This document shows positions 40,037-51,741 of a DNA stretch of 64,000 nucleotides, one piece after another (position 1 is the first letter of the stretch; every line of letters starts with the position of its first letter). The position numbers and the translations under genes are program-made. The DNA comes from Amphiscolops sp. MND2022 (lineage: Eukaryota). The notes under the pieces were generated by a model that was not told the DNA's origin, did not search any database, and saw nothing but the letters and a program-made list of their open reading frames with translations. Where the stretch lies: positions 84,198,001-84,262,000 of the forward strand of contig OZ076409.1 of assembly GCA_964187785.1 (NCBI GenBank), in the 5' to 3' direction.

Positions 40037-43000
40037 AGCCACGTCATTCGACTGACCACTACAATAACAAAGTGCGCAACACAAACAACTACTACTACAC
40101 AAAGAACTACAAAAACCGGGCAACTGATCTTCGGCAGGATCAGAAACCCATGACTCCAACTACCCACGAGACAACCAACAACGAAGCGAACTCTCCCTCC
40201 GAACCAACAGAGGTGATTTTACAACCGACAGAAGACAGACAGCACTCTAACTTGACTATGACGACTGACTGTACAAGAAAAACAACAAACCACAAGAAGG
40301 ACGTGGCGATCCAGGTGTTAACAGCAACACTTCAGTTAAACAAAAAGGACAAGATGTTATACGTCCCATTGCAATTCAGAGCATACGAGAACCATGGCCT
40401 CCTCGACACGGGAGCAATAAGGAGTGCCATGTCAGAAGACGAACTCAGACGGATCTTGTCAGCTCATCCAGCAGCACTTCTCGAAGAATACCCAGCACCG
40501 GACTTCAAAATCCAAATTGCCAACGGTAGCATCGTCCCAGTCCGGAAACAAGTATTACTCCGATTTTTCATTGGCGGTAAAGTATTCGAGGAAACCTTTA
40601 TGATTCTACCAACCATGGGCAACATCTTGATCGGAATGTCCTTCTTCAAGAAATACTCAGTGACGCTTGACCTTGCCAATAACGTGGTCAAATTCCCAGA
40701 CATTACCCTTCAACTTAAACCAGAAAGAGGCCGATACAAAGTCCAAATGCTCGAACTACGCACATCGCAGAAAATAGTGGTACAACCGGATCACCAAATC
40801 ATGGTCCCTGTCATAGCAGAAAAGGACCTCGGGACAATCCAGGGCACTGTAGAAACCTTTCCAGCTTTCGAAAGGAAGACCCAACTACTAGTGTCCCCTG
40901 CCCTAACACAAATCACTGAGATGAAAAGCCATGTCCAGATCACCAACCTCACCTGCCACACAATCACCCTCAACCCGAACACGACAGTGGCCACATTCAG
41001 AATAATGACTCCCAACCAGGCAAAGAACCTACAACCGATGTCAAACGAACAATTGACACTGATCACCAAATACCCAGACGAAGCTGATAATGTATTGAAC
41101 CAGCTGTTCCAGGAGCCCGGCACCGAAACCAACCGCCGATGGTACCCAACACCGGAGACCTGTGATGACCCGTCCAAGTTGAACCGCATTGAAAGGCGGA
41201 TATATGACGAAATCACTAAACTCCGTGAGGAAGAGAAACTGGATCCAACAGCAGACGACAAACAACGCAAGGAGTTCCTTGCCAACTTCAAATGGGAAAA
41301 CTCAATCCTGAATGAGCACGAACGACAACAGATTGAGAACCTCCTTGTGAAGTATAACAATGTGTTCGCCAGACACCGCCTTGACATAGGCATCAATACC
41401 GACTTCAAAATTAAACTCACCCCGAAACACGATGAGCCAGTCTACGCGCAGAGTTTACCCACACCCACAAATCTCAAAGACGACCTACTCGTCGAGCTAG
41501 CACTGATGCAGGAGTACGGAATCATCACGACGTTGCCATACAGCAAGTATTCCTCACCAATATTCGCTCAGCGCAAACCTAACGGGAAACTCCGCATACT
41601 CGTGGACCTGCGCAGAATCAACCACCTCCTGAAAAATGATTACAACCAACATAATCATCCAGTCACCACCATCGCCGACGCCGCCCAGCACATGGCAGGA
41701 AAAAAGTATTTCTGCAAGCTGGACTGTTCGCAGGCGTACCACTGCCTGCAGATGGCGGACGAGCAATCCATACAACTTCTGGCATTTAACTTCGGCAGCC
41801 GCACATTCGCTTATTTACGACTGGCACAGGGACTCAACCGATCCTTGTCAGCATTCAACAGCACAGTACGAGAATACGTTGATGCACTCGTGAAAGCGGA
41901 CAAATGCGCGCAATATGTCGATGACATTGGGATTGCTGCCCACACCGTTGATGAACTACTGTCCAACATTGAAGCTGTGTTCCAGCAAATCCAGAAAGCA
42001 GGATTGAAACTATCAATGGCAAAATGTGCGTTTGGCCACCCACAAATTGATTTCCTTGGGAGAAGCATCACATCAAAGGGTGTCGCCCCACTCGAAGACA
42101 AAATTGATGACTTCCTCAAAAAGATCAAACTACCCACATCAGTCAAATCCCTCCAAAGGTACATCGGGTTTGTCCAGTTCTACAGGCAGTACATACCACG
42201 CCTGGCAGAAAAGCTCACCCCACTGTACAAACTGCTACAGAAAGATGTGAAATTCCAACTGAACCAACAACACAAGGACATCATTTTCGAGATTAACGAA
42301 AACCTTGCCAAAGCTGCGAAACTCTCACTACGCCTACCATTACCCGACAAACAACTTGTTATAATGTGTGACGCCAGTGAGCACGCGGCAGGATATGTCC
42401 TCCTGATAGAAGACTACACCGAAACTAACGACGGACCAATGAAGACGTACGCACCAGTATCATTTGGATCCCAACGATTCACGGAGGGCCAAATGTCACT
42501 TACAATGTATGCGAAAGAATTCCTGGCGATGCATTTCGCATTCGACGAATTCGCACACATACTCTGGGGTGTCAAGAAACCAACAATTGTAATGACGGAC
42601 AATAAAGCACTGACCCGTTTTTTCCAGTCCAAACGAATTCCCCCGAAGCTATGGAATTACTGCGATCAGACGCTTCAATTCGAATTCGTACTTGCCCATG
42701 TTCCTGGAACTGAGAATCCTGCTGCAGACTACCTGTCTCGTCTTGACATACGACCAGAGGAGAGAATCCACCTCAAACTCAACGACGAGATACCAGTCTT
42801 TCACGTCGAGATCGACCTGGCGTCACGGACACCGAAGCAGGACGAAGAAGAAGAAGAATACATACCTGATGACCAACAAACCACCACCACCAAACAAAAT
42901 GAAGCCATCAACGCCATACTGGACCAGGTCCCCATGTGCAGTGACGAATCGAGTGGACAGTTTCGCGAGAGGATAGAAACCATCCGTCATCAGATCACAC

Positions 43001-44844
43001 CCATCATCACAGGGCAACATGACGAGATGACGTTCACCCGATTCAGGCGAAAGCTTCATGACAACGTGGTAAACCAGGTATGCCCCAATGGGGAGTTTCA
43101 AATCATCCAGGATCAACTCGTAAACCTTGACATCCAACGCATGATTAGAATTTTGAATCAAAAGGAAACCCTTCCTAATCATGTGAACTTTGAAAGTCAG
43201 TTTTTCCAAAAACTAGTCAAAAACAAGAAAAGACTTGAAGTAGTGAACAACGTTTTGTACAGGAACTTTTTCGATGGTACAGGTAAAATTAAGTGTAAAC
43301 AAATTGTCACACCTACTGAAACTACCCAAAAAATCATCCAATCTTTGCACGATGACCCTCTGCAAGGTCACCCTGGTTGTAATAAAATGCTCCACGAGCT
43401 ACGTAAAAGGTACTACTCCCCGAACCTCTCTGAACTGGTACTGCAATACGTCTCGAACTGTCAGGACTGCATCCGCTCAAAACCAATCCGAAAAGCTGAA
43501 ATCACACCACCACTCCAACAAATATATGACCCTTGTAACGGACCAGAAGACATACTAGAAATTGATTTAGTCGGTGAACTCCCACCCTCCAACGGATTCA
43601 CACACATACTCACTGCATGCGACTACTTTTCTAGGTACCTCTTCGCAATACCTATCCGTAAACCGGACACAAAGTCGGTCGTAGAAGCGCTTATGCAAAT
43701 TTTTACACAACATTCCTACGTACCTAAGACAATCCTAACAGACAAAGGATCAACGTTCACAGCCCAACTGTTCAACTCCCTGATGGAGTCTGCCGGTATA
43801 AAAATCGCACACGCATCTGTCAAACACCCGCAAACGGTCGGAATGGTTGAACGTTCTCACCAGAGACTAAAGCAAATCCTTAAAATTAACATCTCAGCTG
43901 ATTCACCACAATGGCATAAATACGTCAACATGGCCGTAATGGCCCATAACACAACCTACCACCAGGCTATTCGATGTACACCCACTGAAATTTTCCACGG
44001 ACGTGTTCCATTCAATGCCCTTGATGTCAAATTCGGAAACCCACTAACTGAACAACGCAACACTACCGACGTCACTGGGATACTCGATAACATGAACAAA
44101 AAATTCCAACAAACACATGACAACATAATCGAAGCCTTCCACAAATACAAGAATTACTACGACCGAAAAGCGCAAGCTTCACCTCTGAAAGTAAATGACT
44201 TCACCTTTCTGCTAAACAAAAGACTGTCTCAACAATCTGACAAAATTCCATTCAAGGAATTCAAGTGGGAAGGCCCATACAAAGTGGTCAAAGTCTTGTC
44301 CAATTCAAATTACATTATACGTAAGATTGGAACTCTTCGCACTCAATGCGTTCACAGAATGAGGCTCCGCCCATTTACACCAAACGCACCAATTGAAGAC
44401 ATTCAAGACAATTCATCACAATACTTTGAAGATCCTGATGCCCTCAACGAACAGGAGCTGTTCGACAATCACCTACCAAATCCTGCTCACGAACAACCAC
44501 AACACGCAATCCCTGAACAATCGGACTTCGAAGAACTACAGGCCGACCATGGAATGATATACTACGAACGACAAAGCATAGAACCAGATCAAAACATTTC
44601 CATACCTGAAAGCCAAGCTGAAACACAAGTACCACAACCAGACACCGTTACCTCGAACAATTCTGAAACAAACAACAATAAATATCAAACAAATGACCGC
44701 CCTCCACCGACATCACGACACACTATGTCTCGGTACGGACTCAGACACAACCCAAAACCTACCACGTACCCTGACTTCCTGATGCACGAACTACACGGAA
44801 CGCCTTCGCTTCAACAGCTGCTTCTGAAAAACAGAAACCTATAA
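40018..44844 (+). CDS. pol: Gypsy Pol (PR-RT-RNase H-integrase), probably expressed by -1 frameshift
   Basis: LLDTGA, YVDD, CDAS/TDN/AADYLSR, HHCC, DLVG/TDKG/VER, GPY; frame open from 40018; slippery A AAA AAC at 40024-40030. Confidence 0.96.
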   Translation, partial: PAKKLLKPRHSTDHYNNKVRNTNNYYYTKNYKNRATDLRQDQKPMTPTTHETTNNEANSPSEPTEVILQPTEDRQHSNLTMTTDCTRKTTNHKKDVAIQVLTATLQLNKKDKMLYVPLQFRAYENHGLLDTGAIRSAMSEDELRRILSAHPAALLEEYPAPDFKIQIANGSIVPVRKQVLLRFFIGGKVFEETFMILPTMGNILIGMSFFKKYSVTLDLANNVVKFPDITLQLKPERGRYKVQMLELRTSQKIVVQPDHQIMVPVIAEKDLGTIQGTVETFPAFERKTQLLVSPALTQITEMKSHVQITNLTCHTITLNPNTTVATFRIMTPNQAKNLQPMSNEQLTLITKYPDEADNVLNQLFQEPGTETNRRWYPTPETCDDPSKLNRIERRIYDEITKLREEEKLDPTADDKQRKEFLANFKWENSILNEHERQQIENLLVKYNNVFARHRLDIGINTDFKIKLTPKHDEPVYAQSLPTPTNLKDDLLVELALMQEYGIITTLPYSKYSSPIFAQRKPNGKLRILVDLRRINHLLKNDYNQHNHPVTTIADAAQHMAGKKYFCKLDCSQAYHCLQMADEQSIQLLAFNFGSRTFAYLRLAQGLNRSLSAFNSTVREYVDALVKADKCAQYVDDIGIAAHTVDELLSNIEAVFQQIQKAGLKLSMAKCAFGHPQIDFLGRSITSKGVAPLEDKIDDFLKKIKLPTSVKSLQRYIGFVQFYRQYIPRLAEKLTPLYKLLQKDVKFQLNQQHKDIIFEINENLAKAAKLSLRLPLPDKQLVIMCDASEHAAGYVLLIEDYTETNDGPMKTYAPVSFGSQRFTEGQMSLTMYAKEFLAMHFAFDEFAHILWGVKKPTIVMTDNKALTRFFQSKRIPPKLWNYCDQTLQFEFVLAHVPGTENPAADYLSRLDIRPEERIHLKLNDEIPVFHVEIDLASRTPKQDEEEEEYIPDDQQTTTTKQNEAINAILDQVPMCSDESSGQFRERIETIRHQITPIITGQHDEMTFTRFRRKLHDNVVNQVCPNGEFQIIQDQLVNLDIQRMIRILNQKETLPNHVNFESQFFQKLVKNKKRLEVVNNVLYRNFFDGTGKIKCKQIVTPTETTQKIIQSLHDDPLQGHPGCNKMLHELRKRYYSPNLSELVLQYVSNCQDCIRSKPIRKAEITPPLQQIYDPCNGPEDILEIDLVGELPPSNGFTHILTACDYFSRYLFAIPIRKPDTKSVVEALMQIFTQHSYVPKTILTDKGSTFTAQLFNSLMESAGIKIAHASVKHPQTVGMVERSHQRLKQILKINISADSPQWHKYVNMAVMAHNTTYHQAIRCTPTEIFHGRVPFNALDVKFGNPLTEQRNTTDVTGILDNMNKKFQQTHDNIIEAFHKYKNYYDRKAQASPLKVNDFTFLLNKRLSQQSDKIPFKEFKWEGPYKVVKVLSNSNYIIRKIGTLRTQCVHRMRLRPFTPNAPIEDIQDNSSQYFEDPDALNEQELFDNHLPNPAHEQPQHAIPEQSDFEELQADHGMIYYERQSIEPDQNISIPESQAETQVPQPDTVTSNNSETNNNKYQTNDRPPPTSRHTMSRYGLRHNPKPTTYPDFLMHELHGTPSLQQLLLKNRNL

Positions 44845-46704
44845 AAACACACAACCATAAAAACCAACGACTGCTAACAGCAGTCATCAACAGCTTTTCA
44901 TCTGACCATAAAGGTAATTGTTTTACAATTACACCCTAGTACACCAAGCATTCAACAAACAATAGCGGAAATTCTGAACGACCTAACAAACACTCCAATT
45001 AACATGATTAAACGACCATTCCCTTCCGTTGTCGCTGTGTAAACTATTTAATTTATCAGCATCAACCACTAGCGGAACAAGCAAATGGTAAAGTAACGAC
45101 TGCACACGCCTATCATTCCAACACTCGCGGTCCGGAAGTACATGTAGCGCGCAAAATTGCGAACGCTAATTTATTCAATTCGCACCAAACTTACCACATC
45201 TACAGTTGAAACGAAATATTCCACTTAGCGAACTGTCAAAACACCGCAAACGAAACGTGAACGAAAACAACGTTCCCAAAAAAAAGCAACAAACTAACAA
45301 TGATGATCTGCTGCCTGGCAAACGTTAGGACAACACAACCAATACTCCACCTTTGGTTCACTTTAGACGCATAGTCCTGGCTGTGTGGGTGCGTCGTCAA
45401 AAAACGTGCTTGTGTGGTTGGTCATACATACAGATGAAGGTTGCTCTTTAGCAACTGGATTCAGTGTTAGTTTTGCATAGGTGGTTCCGACGGGAATTCA
45501 CCTTTTCCAATGAACTAAACTTCCAAACAAAAAACCAAGCTCTAAAAGCTAACAAAACACCGGTAAGAACAAGAACTTACCTACTCCTGAAAACAATGAA
45601 CGCCCGGCCCCTTAAAACGTATCCTAAGATGCGAAAGACTCGCCTCAATAGGGAAAAGAATAACGAGTACGCGGCCCCAAAAAGCTACTGGACGACGAGA
45701 CCTGAACATGTACATCCTTCTCAGCCTAACAAATTAGTAACACTGCAGTTAACATAAGAACGCGCGATCTTGCCGATACACATCACGTATGATGACGTCC
45801 CAGGACACACATCAACGATGATGAGATCGAGTCCACAGGAACGCTACATGTAATATATCGAAACACACTAAAATACATGAAAATTAGTCCTTACGAACAT
45901 TAACATAAACCTTACATGCACACCTAAAAAGTCATGCATCAAACCAAGGATACACGACTTGGAATTTCGGTCTTTGAAATGAGCGAGCTGCTCAGTCACG
46001 TACCTCGCGGCGCGGTGCTAAGGACCGAAGGCCACAGTCACCCTGTCTCGTTACCATCATCGAGCATTCACTAACAACGAATAGGAGGGCTTGACTTTCG
46101 AGTACCATGCACGGCACAGCTTGGCACGTGAACAATTTTTATGTTGGTGGTTACCGCGGTGACCACCATAACCAATACGAAACCTTCCATGAAATTCGCA
46201 AACAACGACATAACAATTAAGACCTAAGTTTACATGAAATCATAGCGAGGTATGGGTGACCCCATACACACACTTAAGAACGACAAAGCTAGCCTAGCAT
46301 CAAGCAGAAATGTAAAAACAAAAAACATCAGGAGTCAGCAGAAGCGCCATACAATTTTAAGTCGCATGTAACACGACAAAAAACTACCCCTAGAATAGCT
46401 TAGACTAACGAACAAAAACGACAAGTACATCCAGTCATCACAACATAACGAAAAAATTTCTTTCCTTTTTGGACACATGGAGAACTAGCGAAAAATCCAC
46501 TTGTGACACCTTCGAAGCCTAGTACTAAGGAAAAATAACAGTACTGCGGTGATAGCATCCACCAAAACTCAATTACCAAAAGAGCTGAATACTAATAAAC
46601 TACAGTATCGAAATGAGACAAAGTGACTAATTACAAAAACAAAACAAGGGGAATATATATCAGCAAACACAAAGAAGTTGGCAAAAAAGTTTACAGAGTT
46701 ACTA

Positions 46705-49700
46705 TTAATACTCCTTTAAGTAGGAGGATCCATCCTCGTTGCTAGTTTCTTCGATAGTAAAAGAGCGCCGACGCGTCTGCCCTGCCCCTTCGCTGATGTG
46801 CGCCAATGTTTTCCGTCCTTTTTTATCGGGACGCCCTCCGGTTCTTTGGCCTCGATTACCTCCCTGCTCAGACGACTTCGAACTTGCAGCCTTCCGTTTC
46901 GATCCCGATGGACCCGGGGCAGGAGTTGACACGACAACCTCAGTCTGCAGACGTGGCATCTGAGCTGCAGAGCCATTCACTTTAGCTGGACTTCGGCGAC
47001 TGACGACAGGACTGGACTCCAGTGATCTCAGTTGATCACAAACAACTGATCGGTAGTCATCGACAACAGGCCGAGACGGGAGACCCCCAGTTGATTCCAG
47101 AACTGCAATTGACCGACTGAGCAGTTCATCTGCATCACGTTTGACCAACTGATCCCACGGGATAGACCGAACACTGTCATTCAACCGGGAAGCCTGCATA
47201 TCCGTGGAGTTACAATGACGGACAAAGCCAATCATTGAGAGACGGGAATGTCCGACAAATCCGCTCGACATCCAGCTCCTCACGAGATGCAAACTGGATA
47301 GCATGATGCCTTTCTCCAGCACTGTACTGCCGACATCACAAAAATCGATTCGATAATCATCATGCAACATCCCGACGAACAGAACCTCGATGACGCCACG
47401 CAACTCTGGGCACCGGTCCCATGAGGGGTTCGACAGCCATAAGGAAACGGCATCTTCGATAACCGGCACAGTTGCGACGATCGATTCCCACCGGCGTTGG
47501 AAGTAACTAACTGCTTCTCGGTACTGCTGCACGATAATAGCTCCATTATCCCCACTACACAAATCCCCGAAACTGAGGACGGACAACGTACCCACTAAGA
47601 GGTCTGTCAGGCGATCCATAGAACAGGACTGTATGGCACAAGGATCGAAGGGCAGTAGGCTAAGGTGTCTCACCCACCCCTGGTCGAAGTCAGCAACACA
47701 TGCCTCACAAACAGAGCGCAGGAAGTTTTGTACCTCTTTGTAGAAAAAAGGCTTTTGGCTACTAATGTCCCAACGGAAATACTGCCCAAACAAGGCCTGA
47801 TAACGTGCCTTGTCAACAGGGACGCTCTCACTGATCTTCAGCTTCAGGACAGCCAAGACCTCGAACTCTGGCGGGATCGTCTCGGGATTGACCACCATTG
47901 ACAACAAAACACGCAAAAAGGCTGCCAGCTCTCTCTCGAACCAGAGATTACGGTCCCTGCCACTGCTGCACAGCCGAGGGCACTTCGCTACAACTAAAAC
48001 ACAAAATCGATTATCAACCAACGTGCCGACAACTCACACACACCCACGTAAGAACCAGGATGCCAAGACCGAACTGAACAAAGGACACACAAGAACCCTC
48101 ACAGAAACAACCAAAAACAAGAACGAATAAACATCAATACTAACCAGTCTCCGCTAGAAACTTCAGGACAGCAAAGCGGGGTCGCGTCATAGCGTCATTG
48201 AAAACCTGGGTTTCCATGCTCGCAATGTTCGACGTCTCAGCACTAGTGTTCGCCCGATGAACCCCAAAGTACGCCCCCAGGTCATCCCACCGCTCGACCA
48301 ACTCCGCACTCAGTGTAGACAACTCCCGAAACTGATTGACGCCACCACGCACGAACTAAAACAGTGATATCAGGAAAATTAAACCAATAAACCACACAGC
48401 AAGAAACAACACACCACTAATTACTCAAGCCAGGAAGAAGCAAAGTAGACCTCCACCTTCGACCCCCCCCCTCCTACAAGAAAGAAGCAGACCAACCAAC
48501 ATAACATAAAGCAAAATGAACCAACCTCGCGTAGTCCAGGCATATTATCGAAGGCCGAGTCTTCAATCACCGCTGCCAATCGAAAACGAAAGTATTCTAG
48601 AATGCTGAATGGTTCCAGCCCACTCGATTCCTCAATGAATTTTCGACGCAACAGATCTGTGAGCCACTCAGCATCGAAACGACGGGTGACAAGAGGCATA
48701 GCTGGATGCGCAACACTGGCAAGGGCACGTCCCAAACGTAGATTCCCGCCCACACTCACTGCAGCTAGACCTCGGTATGACTCCACACAAGACAGCAGAG
48801 ACATCACGACCTTGAGAAGGGATCGTTCCCACTCGCTCCCGCCCGGGATCACGGCCAGCACAACAACTTTCACTGACAGTCCATCAAAAATATGGCAATC
48901 CAGCCTCCGCATAGCCCCATCGACGTGGACATGTAGCCCAAAGCGCACCCCTGAGGACAGCAGGTCACCAAGCTTCTCAACCACAAACGGATATAATCCG
49001 TACAAGACAAGACTCTAAAACAAAAAACAACAATGATACACCCTATCAATCACGCAACCATCCAACAACAACACACAAACAAGCAAAATACAACACAACA
49101 CCTAGCTGTAGAAGAAACGCAAGACAACAACAAAGAAAAGGTATTACCTGACACTTAGGGTATGACAGTGCACGCTCAGCAAACTCGACTTCACCCCGCA
49201 TACTGCCTGACCATGACTCGACGAAGCGGGTCACACTGGCAAAGTCACGCAACTCCACAAAACCATTAATGAAGCAGCATAGCCAAAGGTATGCTGCACT
49301 CGTCTCAGCCAATTTCGGTTTTGCGCCAGCAGCCTCCTCCTCGATCTCGATGGCCACGCGCTCCTCAACGGTCAATCTAAACTCGGACTCCAGAATGACA
49401 GGGGGCTCCGACATTCTTTCTGCCCGGATCCTCCGGTCCTCCTCTACTGAAACAGGCCTGCACGACTTGTCCAACAGGGGCCTATTGGACATGATACGAA
49501 AGCGCTGCTCGAGGCGAGTGTGCTCTCGCCCCTTCCAGTGGTCCCACAAGTTGTGGAGCCCACGTCCCGCAATGCTGAGGTCTACCCGGCACAAACGACA
49601 TCTAGCATAGCCATCGATAACGCGCTTGTGTCTTGGGAAACCAACAAAGGTCCCCACGACGCCGGAGACAAAGAAGGACGGCTTTAGCGTCTTGATCGCA

Positions 49701-50946
49701 CGTTTTCGCCCTGTAAATACAAGAAATACCAATTGAAATAACATCAATAACACCCGTTAGAAACTTACAAAAACCCCAAAAAAAAAACAAAAAAAAACTG
49801 TGTTTGTACTTAGTCCTTAGTTAACTACCAACCCCCCCCCCCAAATTACTACTAAAACCCCCTCGCATGATCTTGTGAGATTCATTACCAGGTTTTGAAG
49901 TCGTCGCAACGCCAGAGGAAGATGGAACACCAGATGGAGCCACACTCCGTTCACCGAAGTCTGATGGCGGCACGTCCGAGTCCACACATGTCCGGCGACT
50001 CTCAAATCCAGCTACACTGCCAGCGACAGATGACGAACGCGGAAGAACATCACCCACACAAGGAGAGAATGACGATTGACCGAGTTCCTGCAGTGCCCCC
50101 TTCAGTTTTCCAAGGAACTCCTCAACGGCGAGAGCACCCACCGTTCCTAGCTTGCCAAGGCTTGATTCAACAGCTGCCTTGACCCACTGTTGAATTTCTC
50201 GTTCCACACGTTGGAACAACTCCGTGAACTGGCCCACAATGACGTCAGCCCGAACGTTGGCATCTACAAAGCAACCAACAATTTTCAGCACCTACTTAGA
50301 ACCGAACGAACGAAGACGCCTATCATCAACTGAGTAGAGAACAGCAACCGTATACTGCAGGCGCCGGTATGGAAGAAGACCCCCCCAACATATAACTTAG
50401 CTTAACAGTAAACGCAAATGCACCCACCGAGATGCGAAGAGAGGAAAGCATCCAAACGACGCAAGATGGGAGCAGAATCCAAATCAGCACTCCCGGAGGA
50501 CCCAGTAGCCACGGAAGATCGAAACTGACGCAAGTAGGAGACTAACTCGGTCATGTTGACATCAGCTACAAAAATAGTGAACAGTCTCAACAACAGAGAT
50601 GACATAGACGCTCCAGTTGTTCTGGGATCAGCATCCACGGAACGCAACCCCACGACAGAATAACTCAGGCCTAGCTCTTATGGAGAAAGTAAATGTAAAA
50701 CCAGTACTTACCAAATTCCTGGGAAAGCACGACATCCAACAAGCAACCCAGATCCCCAACGTTTGACGCAGAAACCCGCGCAGCGAACTGGCAACACTGA
50801 TTGTTCTCCATCAGCACTGCAGATAAATCCAGTCCACTCCCACTCTCATCTAACGGGGGATTACCTGCAGCCATTTGGTCCTCGACTTCAGCAACTAATG
50901 CAGAGAGCTCACCACTCAAGGATAAAACTCCTTCTTCATCGGACAT
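46705..50946 (-). CDS. Antisense multi-exon accessory gene of the gypsy element; hAT-transposase-derived protein with BED-like zinc finger. Exons: 50946-50712, 50670-50428, (junction unresolved), 50291-49889, 49710-49148, 49014-48526, 48355-48145, 47993-46705
   Basis: Five GT..AG introns with matching phases (1; then 1,0,0,1); the last five exons give 984 uninterrupted codons; ARCRLCRVDLSIAGRGLHNLWDHWKGREH finger plus colinear hAT-like motifs. Confidence 0.8.
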
Positions 50947-51741
50947 TGTCGGAGCGATAAGGTAACACACGACACGATCGGGGATAACAATAAAATGGCG
51001 ACGGCGACTCGACTGCAACAGCTCATTCTTCCATTTCTTATTGTTATAGACTGATCACCTATATCAATATATAATGGACACCTAACCCACCCTATCAAAC
51101 GGTCTACCCAAGTAATTACCGGACATTCGCGGAATCATATTCACGACTCCACCCACAGGATATCAAATGCTAATCAGCAGAGAGAACGCAGTCAAGTTTT
51201 CCCTAGCCATAACAGTACATATATTCCCTCCCGAGTTAACCGCCTAATCGATACCCGGAAAATACAGGACTAACTGGGAAAAACAAAATCGCACTACCTT
51301 TATTATTGTGGAAGAATGAGCAACACCAACGGTTGACAAAACGAAGATGGATAAAGGACAAGTATAAACAGGACCAAATTCAATTTTAAAAGCAATAAAG
51401 CAAGCAACTGACTCACTCTACAACAACGCAACAAATCAATCAACTGCCGATGATCGATGAAAAGTTGCTTAAACAAACATTACTCTCTATGCGCACTAAA
51501 CGGATGACGTGGCTGTCAAACTGTTACTATAAATAAACTTCAACTTCCGACTACCCACTGTTTGCCTACCTCACCTTGTCCATTCATGCTTCCGAAAGTC
51601 TCAGCCACTACATTTCCACCCACACGTTCTTCCATACCTCGCACGCCACTTCAGCCGCTGTTCAATTCTAAACTCAACCACCTACTACCACTCAACTCAG
51701 TCGTTCACCTTTCCCATTACCCCTACAGCTCGCTCTCTCTC

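Noticed and set aside
46705..48021. 438-aa ORF as a retroviral env gene
   Set aside because: It is antisense, has no signal peptide or C-terminal transmembrane anchor, and is the last exon of a larger spliced gene.
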